A DNA stretch of 64,000 bases. Origin: Raillietiella orientalis (Eukaryota). A program made the position numbers and the translations under genes. Location: NCBI GenBank assembly GCA_036172245.1, contig JAYWIR010000063.1, positions 62,001-126,000 on the forward strand, read 5' to 3'. Position 1 is the stretch's first letter; every line of letters starts with the position of its first letter. Shown here piece after piece: positions 1 through 12,989 of this stretch. Below the pieces are notes generated by a model. It made no database searches. It saw only the letters and a list, made by a program, of their open reading frames with translations, and was not told the origin of the DNA.

Positions 1-2125
1 GAAAGCGCCGCTGCCAAGAGCAAGAGGCGGTGCTCGAGGCACGATGTAACGCCAGGCGCCTTAGCAGTCGCCGTCATTCTCTGCAAAGCGTTCCACTGCG
101 TAAACCAGGACCTCCTACTGGAGTTTCTGGGACGCCTAGACCTGCCGACGCCTCATCGCCTACCTGCGCTCTAGCTGGCACCACGCGTTATGCTGTATCT
201 CTTTCAGTGCGCGCCACGTGTACGGCGTTCCCATACTGCTAGGTATCAGGCAGGGAGACAGCTTAAGCCCCCAGCTCTTCAGCACCTTCTTTGAGTTGGT
301 GCTGAGGGCGTACAGGCTGACGCTGGCCAACCTACCGAGCTCGTGCTCGGGAACTCGGGCCGTGGCCGCCTATGCTGACGACCTTCTCCTTCTGCTGCCC
401 ATGTCCACCCCGGCGTCCAGGCTCGAAGACTTCTTCGAACTCATTCGTCGGGGAGCGGGCCTGAGCGTCAACAGGATGAAATCGATCGTTGTACCTGTTG
501 GCTCTACGTGGGAGGGGCAGTCCAACTGGATCCGCCTGGGGATCCCCACGGGCAGGTGCTTGAAGTACCTCGGCGTTTCCTTGGCGCCTTCTGTCCAACT
601 GAAGCGTGGTAGGACTGCCTTCACAAGGCCGAGACTGCTCTGGGCCTGTTCCAACGCGGCAGGTTTCTCCTGTCGGAACGAGCCTTGGTGTGGAACATTT
701 TCGTTGCCCCTCTCCTCCGTCCCCTCTTTTTTGTTTGTCCAACTCCCTACTCGGCTAAGCGTCGGGCGCAACGCCTGTTGCGTAACGCCCTGTGGGGACC
801 GGTGAGGTCCAGGATCCGCCTCAAGGACTTGGCGGCTCCTTGGCGGGATGCAAGATCGGACATCCTGACGCTGGAGCGGATCGTATTGCAAGTGCAGTTC
901 CGTATGCTGGCACTTTGCGCCCAGCTTTGGACTACTCCCTGGTGTGCTGCAGCGCCCCTGCTTCTGCGGCGCTGCACGTGTGGCGACGGACTGCGTTCGT
1001 TGCACCTGCGCATGGAGCGTGTCTTGAGAGGATTCGGCTTCCCTCTGAGGCAGATCGCCTCGCTTCTGAGAACGCATTCGTGGATCTCCTGTCGGCCGAC
1101 GAACCTCAATCCCTGGAGGCAGGAAGCCTTATCGTCCTGGGCAGCGCAAGAGGATGTGTCCCGTTTGTAACTCCATTGCGTGAACCTTTCCCCATACTGT
1201 CCAGTGGGGGAGGTGTTGGAAGACCAGGAACAGTGGACACGCCTAGCCGCTACGCCTCTCGCCGAAGCACTGTCTGCACTGATGGTGCGAGACGACAGTG
1301 ACCTACCGGCGAGGTGGGAGGTTGCTTGCGAAATCGCAGGCGAAACCCGACTGCCGGGCGGCTGGAGGACTTGCGATCTGGCACGCCTCGCCTTTGTGCT
1401 AAGGGACATCTCCGGTGGAGCGAGCTCCTCGGGGTGCCCCCCGATGAACTTGTGGCCCCTTCTCCATGCTTGGACGCGACAGTCTTCCCCCTTCGATGGA
1501 AACAGGATGCTTTTCTGCTGGTACATTGTGGTCTGTACTGCAACCAGCGCGCGCACCTGGTTTCCTGGGGAGATGCGTCCCCGAACAGTGCAACATGCGG
1601 AGCGGTGGAAGCGCTCCCGCATTTGCTATTCGAATTCGATGCCCTCCAGGAACTGTGGGAGCGGATGTCTCCAGCGCTCCTTCACCCCGGACACACCGCA
1701 AAGGTCTGGATGCGCCGCTTCTACACGCGTAGTGGTCTATCTGTGGGAGCGGTGTCGGAATCATCTGCTGCGTCCGCGCCAGTGTCAGCGCCCGCCACGT
1801 ATTGCAGCTGCGAGCGGTCCCAACATCGGTCCCGGACACTGCAGCCTACAACGTGCAACTGGCTGCCGGATGGCCACACATTGAAGCAGAATTGAGGGCG
1901 GAAATTGCTGGCATTCACCGCCGATTCTGAGAATAAGAACGGCTGAACTGCAGACCCCTATCCCCACCCTCCCATCATATTTTTTTATTTATTGTCCCCT
2001 CCCTCCCGTTTTGAACTCTGTGCCCGGCCTGCGTGTCGGGAACCCTCCTCCTATCTTCTGTTCCCCTTACCTGGGAAAAGTTCCCAGACGATTTTATTCG
2101 TAAACGTCCCGGCGCAACCGGGTAA
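1..2125 (+). mobile_element. Decayed L1/Tx1-like LINE ORF2 (RT to 3' end), family A
   Basis: RT motifs GIRQGDSLSPQLF and AYADDLLLLL, and KYLGV, in ORF 218-805. Frameshifted C-terminus with a zf-RVT-like CGAVEALPHLLFE. T-rich 3' UTR ending in the hairpin CCCGG-CGCAA-CCGGG (2108-2122). Confidence 0.85.
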
Positions 2126-2147
2126 TAAACGACGACGCTGCATTCCT

Positions 2148-3183
2148 TTATAATCTCGCTACCCTCTTGTTTTTTATTTTGGGATGCGAGTTTCTTTTCA
2201 AGTCGACGTTCTTTATTTTTTTGTTGGCTGTTGCCACCTGCCACCCAGGCTCCTGGCCGTTTCCCTCGCCCTTGTTGGAGGTGTTTGCCGGGGTCTCGTG
2301 TGCGGCCTGCGCCTTGGGCGCGGGCGGTACAGCGTTCGCGGCAGCTTTCCCCCCCAGCCTTTTTTGCAACAGCCGGGCGCGTTTCTTGAGGTTCCTTGCA
2401 GACACCACGCGCACAGCTGCTTGTGGGCACACCTCCCGCATGTAGCCCATGTTCCCGCACACCTGGGACTGCACATTGGGGCACCTGTTTTTGAGGTAGC
2501 CCGAGGTATTGCAGAAGCCGCAGTATTTGGGTTTCCTCACATGCCAGAGGTCGACGGTTTCGCCGCCGACCACCAGTTTGTGGGGAAGAGGACAGCCCTC
2601 CCGGACGGTGACGCGTGTAGCCGTGAGGTCGCATTGCAGTCGAGTATAGTCCACAAAGGGACTAGGTTTCGACCACATTGCGTGCACCGTTCCATATTCT
2701 TCCAACGCGGTGCGTACGCTTTCGCGATTCATGCGTGCGGTAATGCCTAACAGGCGGACCACTATACTGCGGTCCACCGTAATGGGAAGGAGCCTGCGGA
2801 TCCCCATTACCACGGGAATTTTTAGCAGACGCTGGGCCAGATCTGCCTGTTTGCAGATCACCTCAACGTACTGCCCCCACTACGGATGGTCATAGCGCAG
2901 AGCTCTTCCTGTACGTTAAGAGCGCGCATCCCTTTCGAGAATAGGCGCGCGTTCTAGGAACAATAGAGATTGCCTACCTTGTAGAGTAGTGAGGGGTTAT
3001 ACTCTCCTCCACGTAGACAGACAATTCCGCCGCGGCTGCAGGCGATGGCGCCGCCGCAACGCCGCTCCACGCCCTCGCTGCAGCGGGGACCGATTCTGTG
3101 GGGGCGGATGTCCCACCTCCATCCCCTCTGGAGGGCGACGTTGCCGCCGCCCCGTAGCACTCACTGGTGGTCATGTCAGGCAT
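2148..3183 (-). pseudogene. L1/Tx1-type ORF1 (gag-like: RRM-like region plus two degenerate CCHC knuckles)
   Basis: VVRLLGI...VRTALEEYGTV (RRM-like) followed by CGFCNTSGYLKNRCP and SQVCGNMGYMREVCP, with His replaced by Tyr in both knuckles. The upstream part is broken by stops and frameshifts. Confidence 0.8.
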
Positions 3184-3282
3184 CGCTGCCTGATCTACCA
3201 CCGAACCACAAGACGCTAGCACTGAGGGAGGGTTCCTGGTACCGAGGAGCACCGAGAAAACACGTCCGCCCCAACGCGCACA

Positions 3283-3545
3283 ATGCATTCGACCGCGTCG
3301 AACACAGACTCCTGCTGTAGCTTCTGGAATGCTTGGGCTTCCCAGCCTCTTTGTTGTCCTACCTGCGCTCCAGCTGGCGCGACGCGCTTATTAATGTCTT
3401 TTTCAGCGGACATACCCGTGCACGGCGTACAGGTGCGACGCGGCATACGGCAGGGAGACAGCCTGAGCCCCTTGCGCTTCAGCGCCTATTTCGAATTGGT
3501 TCTGAGAACGTATAGGGAGACTGGCGCACCTGCTGCGCGATTGTC
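3283..3545 (+). mobile_element. Short LINE RT fragment, family A
   Basis: AFDRVEH and VRRGIRQGDSLSPLRFSAYFELVLR; homologous to 80-330. Confidence 0.8.
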
Positions 3546-6500
3546 CCGGTACTTGATCATGTTGCCTCAAAATCGTTCGTGATATCACAAGGTGCATGGA
3601 AAAATATGAACGGAAAAATGAAAATTATCGGCAGTCTCTCCGAGCTATGTCTGGGAAAACGTTCACTGATGCACTGCTTTGTGAAACTAAGAGTGCACCA
3701 GAGAACTGTTTTGTGGGGAAGCACTAAGTTATAAAGTCTGCAGGCCAACCACCGAACTTGGAATTGAAATTTTCCATGTAATCTTGTATCAATCTTCACT
3801 TGGAGGAAAACATATGCTTCATTGTTTAACTTCATCAATTAACAAATAACTCTCAACACCGTGGAATTTGTAAATCCCTGATCAGCAATCATTGTATAAA
3901 CATCATGGATGGAGAGCTTTACAACCTCCTTGAAAGAATTCAATTCAAAAGTCTACCATCAAATAGAGAATACTGAAAACAAAAATGACTAAAAAAAATT
4001 TGCTTTCAAGCATCATGCCTTCATAAGATTCATATTCCACGCATCACAGACAGTTCTTTTTTTTAACTGTATCTTGTTTTCAAATATTTAGTGGATGTAT
4101 CTATTCATTTCATCAGTAATTACCTAAGATGGTTTGCATTACTAACAAGGGAAAGTATTTACATTTAACTAGGTCTTCAGTTCTAGGATCGTGTTGCAAA
4201 GACTGAAAGAGAACTGCAATTGTAGCATACTTGTACAAAATGCTCAGCTTAAAGATAACTTTGCAAGCAATTCTCTCTTCAAACTGTTTTATATGTTAGT
4301 TCCTCTCTGATACATTCCTCTTGGACTTCTGTAAATCCACTGATTAAAATGAAATAGCTGGCTACTGTAGTGAGATGTTCCACTCAAGAGATGCTGAACA
4401 TAGGCATAAAAAGTAGCAGTTGCTATACTTCTGACATCTTATTGATTCCAAAGAATCACAGTGCTTTCAATTGAAGCACTGAAAACAGTTTCACTATGCA
4501 GAGCAGTCACTGTTCTCAAAAAATAATTTTGCTGTATACTTTCACATTGATGCAAATATTTTAGAACACAGCAAGTTGTGCAGTTTTACATGACATACTG
4601 TAAGCCAGTACTTGGCCATGCAGATCCTGTGAAAACTTGCTTAGCTGCATTCTAGATCATTCAGTGCATGGGGATGCTGTGGTGCAATAAAACACAAAAG
4701 CTTCATTGAACCTCTGAAATATCTCATGTGCAACAACCAGGCAAAGATATCAAAAGACTAATCACTTACAGTACAATTCCTTGACATCAAACAATTCAAA
4801 TACAGCATGCTTAGATTCTGTCCAGTAATCCTGAAATTGGCAGCAGAAATGTCTACTTAAAAAAAAAAAACACTGCTCCTTGCTCAGTGTTTCCACAAAA
4901 TGCTGTGTACTTTTTGCACTTGGTTGCATTAAGATTTGATGAAAAAATTCATGGAAACCATGTCTAAGAGAAACCTGTTGTTTTCACAAACAAAGGGCAT
5001 GACTAGGAATTTCAGTTTGCATTAAAATCACATGTGATGAATACTTTCAAATATTAATCAATGCATTACATGCCACTGCTAACTGTATGTAATATGGCCA
5101 CTATAATTGAGATAAATACAAAGCACAGAAATTACGTAAATATTAATATATACGCAAGTCGAATTCAAAGATTTGAATCCTGAACACACACAACATATTA
5201 GCAGTCTCAGTGGCTGCAAAATAATGTAATCAAAAAAACCATTTCATCAAAATAAGATCTGTTTTCCACCCATGTACTTTTATTTTCAGAATTAGCATCA
5301 TAAATAATTATGCTAAAAGTAACAGTCTGAATTTTGGGTGCGAAAATCAATTAACCACCATATGCCCATATATTTTATTCCCAACAGTGTCAGTTGTACT
5401 CTACAAAAATAAATTTTAAAAGAAAATGATTTCAAATAGCATGAGTCAGCATATAGCATGAGTTTTTCTGATTAGGCAGTAAGGAATATGGTGGGTGCAG
5501 ACTTTATTCCATGCCATTCAGAAAATAATCATACTTTGGAAAAAGAGTATCCCAATTTTGGAAATACTTGAAAGTATCTTTCCTTTGGGAAACTCAAAAT
5601 CATTCACACCTGATGTTTTCCAAAATTGGTTTCATCTCCTAAATGGAAAAAACTTGTAACTAATAACAACCAGTTTAGTATTATTAAAAGTTTAATGCAT
5701 GTAATTTTGTAATTGCTTAGCCCATGTTACGTTGGGAAACTGAGAAAAGTCTTATGCACATAAATTAAGCACCATGGCTCCCAACAGAAAGAAATCTAAG
5801 GCTGATTGCTGCTATTTGTAGATATAAAGCAGAAATCAAGGGAAGAATGGTGTCCAAATCAGGTGGAGAGTTCATACAAAACACACAAACATAAAAACAC
5901 ACATAAAATTATGACTTTCAACCTAAAACTCCCGACGACCTTTTTTTTCCTACCCATTTTTTTTTTCATGTTTCCATACTTAACACAAAGACACTGATAT
6001 TACAAAGTATTACCTTCTAGAAGGTTCCATTAATATAATACAACTAATCAGTTAACAAGCTACATACGTCGTAAGATTACAAACACATAAACATCATAGG
6101 CTTCATTTTTAACGTGTTTCTAAGCTTACGACATATGTTTGCATTCAGAAATGGTTTCGAAAATATGCAAATTTTGAATTTAGCGTGCTGTGAAAAGTCA
6201 AGAGGGGAGCTATCGAGATTATGGAAACAAAATCCTTACGCAACACATATATGAAGGTTTTACTTGAAAGCACAACCCACAACTTTTCAGTTGTTCATAT
6301 ACGATAATTAATTACACTTATTTTATCCAGAGTGCCTTATCACACAATACGTTACTTGGAAGCTACTCACAAGCCTGTGATAACATGTAATAAGGATAAA
6401 AAGCATAGTGCCGTACAATAATCCCCATGGCGCCATGATCGCGCACACCACAGTGCTACCACATCTTGTATTGACGCGCGTGGAATCGTACATGGTTAGC

Positions 6501-6606
6501 CACAGATTTTCCGATGTGCTGAACTGAAAAAGGAGAATGTGCTCAGTTGGACATTTTTTTTTTTTTTGTCGGAGAGTGCCATCTCCACTTTTGCTTAACC
6601 ATTCAT

Positions 6607-6623
6607 AGCAGTGCAACCTCAAT
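6607..6623. repeat. Target-site duplication, left copy (AGCAGTGCAACCTCAAT); right copy at 7991-8007
   Basis: Exact 17-bp direct repeat at both ends of the LINE fragment. Confidence 0.9.
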
Positions 6624-7990
6624 TTTCCCCAGGTCCCACAAGGGGTGGGGTACATTTATTTTTCAATTTTAAACATTCATACTACAATTTCATTCACACA
6701 ATATATTACCACTTTCACTTCACTTGAAGGTCCGTTGGGATACTCAAAGTTCTGCATTCAGGGTGGGTTTCCAGATGTTTGGTCCTGGGCGTCGTCCTCA
6801 ATCCTCTTCAGGATGAATCGGTACGTCCAGTCGTCCACAGTTCCTGATACCAATCTCCCTGCGGATATATCCTTGTAGGATCTTCATGGAGGTTCTGGTT
6901 CTCCTGGCTTTCCTCATATTCCACCACCGCACAAGTATGGCGGTGATGAAGAGGGCAATGGTCATCCTCACCATGGGATTGTAACAGGGAACATTACCAT
7001 CTCCCTGAAACATCCCTGCGAGGATTTCCATCACAGACTTGTTGTTTTGTCCTATGATCCTTTTCAGGATCAGCCAGTCGCGTAGCAAAGTGGGACACAT
7101 CAAGATGTGTAGTCTCGTATCGATGTCTCCACATGCCGTGTGGTCTTCATCTTCCCGTCTTCCTGTGAAGTGCTTGAGCCTGGACCCGCTCTGGATTCCT
7201 CCATGACAGAACATCAGGAGGTCGTCCAGAGTGTCCGGCGGAAGGTCACTCCTCCAGAGTGTCGTGCCAATCGCCAGCAGTTTAAAACGGTTACTCCCGT
7301 AGCGATCGGCGGCTTCTTGAAGGGCACTGGTGTCTTGGGTATCCTTATCCTTAATCATTCTTCGAAGGTTCATCTTGGTTACCCTGGGCCACGCGAGGTC
7401 ATCGTGGTTGATCCACACTTCGCGGGTCATATGAGTGAACCTACCCACCATCATCTCTATATACCGAAGTATACGAGTGTGATGTGGGTATACTCCTCTT
7501 CTGAACTCCTGGATGCGTTGTAGGGTAACTATGGACCGCTGGTGGATCCAGCTTCTCGTGTCTTGGGGGACCGGAAGCATCCATGGGATCACCAGGATGG
7601 ACTCCTCCTGCCAGAGTTCCCTACTTTTGGGCACGATTTTTATCTTGTGCTTTCGCACTAGCCTTTGTTTTCTTGTCCAGGTGGGGTCGATGGTTCTCCA
7701 TTCCCCTGTTCGGCCTAGCAGCGCAGTCATCAGGCCTTTCGAGTTGTTCAACAACAACGCGTAGGCCCTGTGCGCTGCATACGGCCAGTCATCCCAGTGA
7801 GTAGCGATATCCAGGATGTGTCGCGTATCCATGATTTCCATGGAATGTGCAAGCGACTTCATCCCTGAGCCACCTTCTTCCCTGGGACGACACAGTTGTT
7901 TCAGCCGGACTCTCAGGCGAAAGTGTCCCCACAATGTCTTTCTCTGCAGCTTTTCCACTTCTCTGGTGTTTTCTTTGTTCAACTTGGCGA
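6624..7990 (-). mobile_element. Young 5'-truncated L1/Tx1-like LINE insertion, family B
   Basis: Uninterrupted ORF2 C-terminal frame of about 400 aa (LCRPREEGGSG motif; ACGDIDTRLHILMCP zinc-binding motif), stop at 6798. The 3' UTR has AATAAA and a terminal hairpin. Flanked by identical 17-mers at 6607-6623 and 7991-8007. Confidence 0.9.
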
Positions 7991-8204
7991 AGCAGTGCAA
8001 CCTCAATGCTTGAATTGCCCGCCACGTGCAATTTCGGAGGTAACTTTCAGAGGCAAAATTTCAGAGGCTCGAGAGCTTCCTGTCGGCAAATTTCATTGTG
8101 CCAGAGGGTAAATTAAAACGTGTCTTCGGTGACATGCAGTTCAACACAGACGTTAGGTTTTTCACGACGTTAGTGCTAAAAAGAACAACTTTTCTTCATT
8201 TTAT

Positions 8205-10900
8205 GTTTTTATTTCGTCATTCGAATTCAAGTTTCCCTTTGCTAAGGGGATTTTCATGGATTGTACAGGATTATGATTATGATGTACACAATTATGACAA
8301 ATTTTTCGACGAAGGAAACATTAGGAAAATTATGGCGTAATTAGGGCGTGTTATAAAGCTACACAATTTTAGTTCAGAGTGATACAACTAGTTTAAACAC
8401 ACTGCTAATCCTTGATACAATCTTTATACAATTTGTTTATCAGCGTGCACGGAGATGAAGCTGATGATTGTTCATAGGGATGCGAGAATTACCATGCCTT
8501 TTTCAAGAGGGATGTTGAAATCTTTCTTATCCGAGGAGGTTGCACAAGGGTTATTAAGGGGGTGAACGATACTGTTGTGAGAGATCATGTGGGTTGAGTT
8601 CTTGAGAGAGGGATTAGGGCAGTCAGGAAGCTCGCACTAGGTTTGACGTATCAGAAGGAAGGGCGGTGGGATAAGTGGAAATGTGTAGTCCATATAGATG
8701 TCCCTGGATTCTCGGACTGCTTGGACAACTATCATTGATGAAAGTCCCTTAAGGGCGTTTTGGAATAGCCCGGCTAAACGAAGCACTGCATCGTTAAGGG
8801 GATCCCAAACACCAAGTGCTCCAACAACTATTGCGTCGTTGAGAACTCGGTGGCTTTGGGATTGGAGGAAGGCGGCTAGTTGTTTGTATTTGGATTGTTT
8901 TGCCTCTCGAGCACGCTTAAGAGAAGCGATACGATTTTTGAAGACGACGACTAGGTCAGTGATAACTGTGTGCGAACAGGGAACAGATCAGGTCTTAGGG
9001 TGGAATCAGAGTCAAGAACTCTGATCTCTTTAGGCGATTGGCCATAATGGAAGAAGAGCATCTTTTAGAAGGGATAGGATGGAAACATGTCTTGCAGAAA
9101 TTGAAGTACTCAAATGGGAGGGACAACGACAAAGAACATGAGCTAAAGTCTCTCGACGAAAATTGCATCTCCTACATTCTTCATTCCATAAAGTCTACAT
9201 TGTTCATAGAAAGCTTGCTGTAATCCAGCACGCTTTCTATTTCCATTTAATGGTAGTTGATTTAACCTAGCTCTGTGTGTGAATGGTCAGTCTGCAAATC
9301 TTCTATAGTTCCCATTATCTGAGAAACTGTGATGCAGAGTGTAAGGCTATGCATTCCTTGGTCTGGTTTTGGTAAGAGAGCAACTTGTTACGGAGAATAG
9401 TCCCGATTGACTAGGCTATTTGCCTTCTGGATGAAACAAATAACAAATGTGGGTTATGTTCTCTCTCATCTGTAAAAAGTAGGACAATCTGACCCTCAAT
9501 AAATTTTCTTTTTACTGGTTATGTCATCCTGATGGCTCGACTTTTGGACGAAAACGTTTTAGGGTCACCTCTCGGTAGGCGAGAAAGGGGATTAGGCGAT
9601 CCCTTTTGGAACTCGACTGCTAGTTGTAGAAGTCGAGTTGTAGCTAGTTTTGGGTCTGGTTGGACGTGATACTTTCGTTTCACGGCGTCCATTAGCTAAA
9701 AAAGAGCAAGTGAAGAGTCATTTTGATCTGAATAAGTAAGTAATTTAAACGACGTGTCAATAAGCGTAATTTCTGCCTCTTCTGAAAGCATGATAACTCC
9801 TGAGCATCCATCTTTCACCCTACCATAGGTATATTCAACCGATGTTGCTTGAGTTAGAGGAAGAATATTTTGTTTTAAAAATTTCTAATGATGTTCCCTA
9901 ATTTGGACCAATTCGAATAGTTCACAAAGCCGTCATCCATTTGTAAGAAGAATAAAAGAATTCGCCCTGGAAACCAGGTTGTTGCCAGTCCGACAAGCTA
10001 AGTGGATTTATATGAACGACTTGTATACAAAAACAATTGCATTAACACAAAGCACAAAAGACTGTTTTCATTTTTGGATCCCAGATCGTGATTACGCCAA
10101 GCGTCACTTGTTTGGTAAGATCAGAATTTTATATAGCTATGATCTGGTTACTAGGTGATCTTGAACGCTGCTCTCACATTGTCAGTATCCTTAAACTTCC
10201 TCAAGATGTAGTGACAACTCCAGGCTGGGATTCGTCCGCAGATCTTTATGCCAGTGTTTCACTGAATTGCTGTTTCCTGGGTCTTGATGGCACTCTTCCT
10301 GATTCCTCTATTTTGACTTCTTATTAAGGCTCTTATGATGAAATATGCAACCGTTGCTCTTAGCATGGGATTGCATCGGTGGCACTCAGTTTATGAATCT
10401 TCTTCCATTCAGGCTTGATTTTTAATACCTGGGATTACATTCCGAGAAAACAGAGTGATGAAAAAAGGGATGAGAATAAGTTTATAAATACCTTTTGTCA
10501 AACACCCTGACCAATGGAAGACCGTGTGCTGCACTGGGCAGCATAGGACCTCAGGGCATCCTCCATTCGATGAAGAATGGCTTTGATTTGCAGACACAAC
10601 CTTCTGCCTGTACGATAGTCTCCCACTATCAAGCATACAACTTCTGGTCGCATGTGCAGGACGGATGGTATATGGGAAGAATTGTTGGCTACGTGCTCAA
10701 TAGATGCTCCAAGAGCCAGATGATAAGTCCGAAGAGGCATGACGAGTCTCGAAACTCTGGGAACTGAGAGTCTTCAATCAATCTCATGTTGCATGGTGAG
10801 GCGAGGGTGGTCATACGACATGTCTCTTGTCCTTATGATTACTCAGCTACAGCAAGAGACTGGAGGAAATTGATTGCGTGCACATCAGCTGACCTCTTGT
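8205..10900 (-). mobile_element. Decayed RLE-type non-LTR retrotransposon (Utopia/NeSL-like)
   Basis: Minus-strand translation gives GNYRRFAD*PFTHRARLNQLPLNG and the endonuclease region FKNRIASLKRAREAKQSKY...AIVVGALGVWDPLNDAVL...SRDIY. AATAAA at 8208-8213. The 5' boundary is approximate. Confidence 0.8.
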
Positions 10901-11654
10901 TTTTGACACTATCAGTCGATGCCATCTGAAGGCATTCGAACTGGTGTGGAGATTTGCCTGTTGCCTCCGATGACACACGGAAGCAGTCGGCAAAAAATGG
11001 AGCATCCTCCGAACAGGGAGCGCATGGCCTGAAGCAAGGATGCTCCCGTGAGGATGTTGTATAATGAATAAATTATGTATGTAAATATTTTTGTTACATA
11101 ATGATTTTCAAGTTATGTGAATTTATGCTAATATATATATTTATTAGTTGATCACTTAAAAGTGAATTGAAGTATTCTCTGATTTATATTAAACCCCAAA
11201 TGTTTTTTTAATCAATCATGTATTATGAATATATAATATATTACCTCTTAACTAAAGATCAATTAGCTGGGGGAATCATGGACTTTCTGCATACTCATTA
11301 CGACCCTGGTTGAAATTTTTTCCCTTTTTTTTTTGGTCTTCGAGTTCGTCTTCAGAAACAGTTACCAAGTGGCAAGTGAGAGTGTTTCTCTTCGACTGTG
11401 AAACCTCCGTTTTGAGGAGTACCTCCCGAGGATGCCTCGTGGCATGGTCACAGAAGTCACTCCATGTGCTGGAAGAATTCACAGGATGCAACCACAAGGA
11501 ATGGCATAAGAGGAAGGATGCAAAATGTACTGCAAAATAAAAATGAGCATTTCATTACAAGAATTCTCTTGATGTGTAGGTGGGTTGGCAAACTGGTCAG
11601 AGTTACCTAACAGCTAGCAAGTAGCGTAATTTTTTTTTATTTTTTCTTAACAGA

Positions 11655-12900
11655 ATTTTTTTATTCGTTACTTAATTACAAGTTTCCCTTACCGAAGAGG
11701 GTTTTCAAAGGTTGTACATTATTATGTTAAGGACTAATAATACATCACAATTAATAAGAGATTCATAATGGGAAAGAGAAAAAATTCAAGAGCAATCTAA
11801 GCTCAGAAGAGTACATAAGTTACACACTTTTGAGTTCAGAGTGATCGGTCAAGTTCATTCACACTTGTAAGTCACCATTATAATATTGAGTTCATTCGGT
11901 TCATCATAGTGCAAGGGGATACAGGGTAGGGATTGTTGATAAGGGTGCAAGAATTGCTATGCCTTCTGCAAAAGGGGTGCTGCAAAAGGGGTGTTGAAAA
12001 GCTCTTCAATTAAGGAGGAAACACGATGGTGATCCGTGGACACAACACATGGTTTGGAGGGAACGTCCGGGCTAAGTTCTTGGGAGAGGGAAGGGGGCAT
12101 TGGAGATGTTTGTTGTAGGTTAAATGCTTCAGGAGGAGGAACGTGGGAATAATTCGTGGGAATGCGCTCCATGGTAATGTCTCTGGAGCCTCTGACTGCT
12201 TTGGCAACAGTCACAGGAGAAAGAGGTCAGAGGACATTTTGGGTGAGTCCGGCTAGACGCAGCACAGCGCCATTCGAAGAACCCCAGGTACCAAGCGCTC
12301 CAACAACTGTCTGCAACGTTACGAATATGGAGGCCTTGGGATTGGAGGAAGCGAGTTGGTTCATTGTCTATATTTTCATCGATCAGCCTCTCGAACACGC
12401 TTGAGGGAAAGAATACGATTTTCATAATGGAAAACTGGATCGATGATGAGATCGTGGGTCTGGTCGCAGAAGAGCAGATCCGGGCTTAGGGTAGAGTCAG
12501 ACTCTGGAATCCTCTGAACAATGTAGATGGGCCATAAAGGGAGAAGGACATCTTTCAATAGGAATGGAATGGAATCATGTCTTGCACATATAGAGGTTCC
12601 TAGATGGAAAGGGCAGTGTCAAAGAACATAAGCCAAAGTTTCTTCAGGGAAAGTGCATCTCCTACATTGCTCTTTGAAACCAGTGCGTGTTCTATTCGCA
12701 TTCAATGGGAGTTGATTTGGTCCAGTTCTATGTATGGATCGCCAATCTGCATATCTCATATAGTTTCCATCATCTAGAAAGCTCATTGACGCAGAATATA
12801 ACACTACACATTCCATTAAGCAAACTGATGAGAAAATGCCAAAAGTTGAAACATTTATTCATGCATTTTCTAATCTGGAGTTTTGCGAACTCAGCGTGAA
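11655..12900 (-). mobile_element. Second Utopia/NeSL-like RLE element 3' fragment
   Basis: GNYMRYADWRSIHRTGPNQLPLNA..CRRC..EETLAYVL, LSPDLL, ENRILSLKRVRE and VGALGTWGSSN. The 3' UTR is homologous to that of the 8.2 kb copy and ends AATAAAAAAA (11665-11656). Confidence 0.8.
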
Positions 12901-12989
12901 AACAAATGAATCCTCGTGAAGGAGGTCCTGTACAGTTTTAACGTTGTTTTTAAAGCATTTGTGTATTCATTTGAAGGAAGCGATAATAT

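Noticed and set aside
4200..4460. hAT or other DNA-transposase remnant in the AT-rich block
   Set aside because: Only a vague peptide resemblance, with no terminal inverted repeats or catalytic motif.
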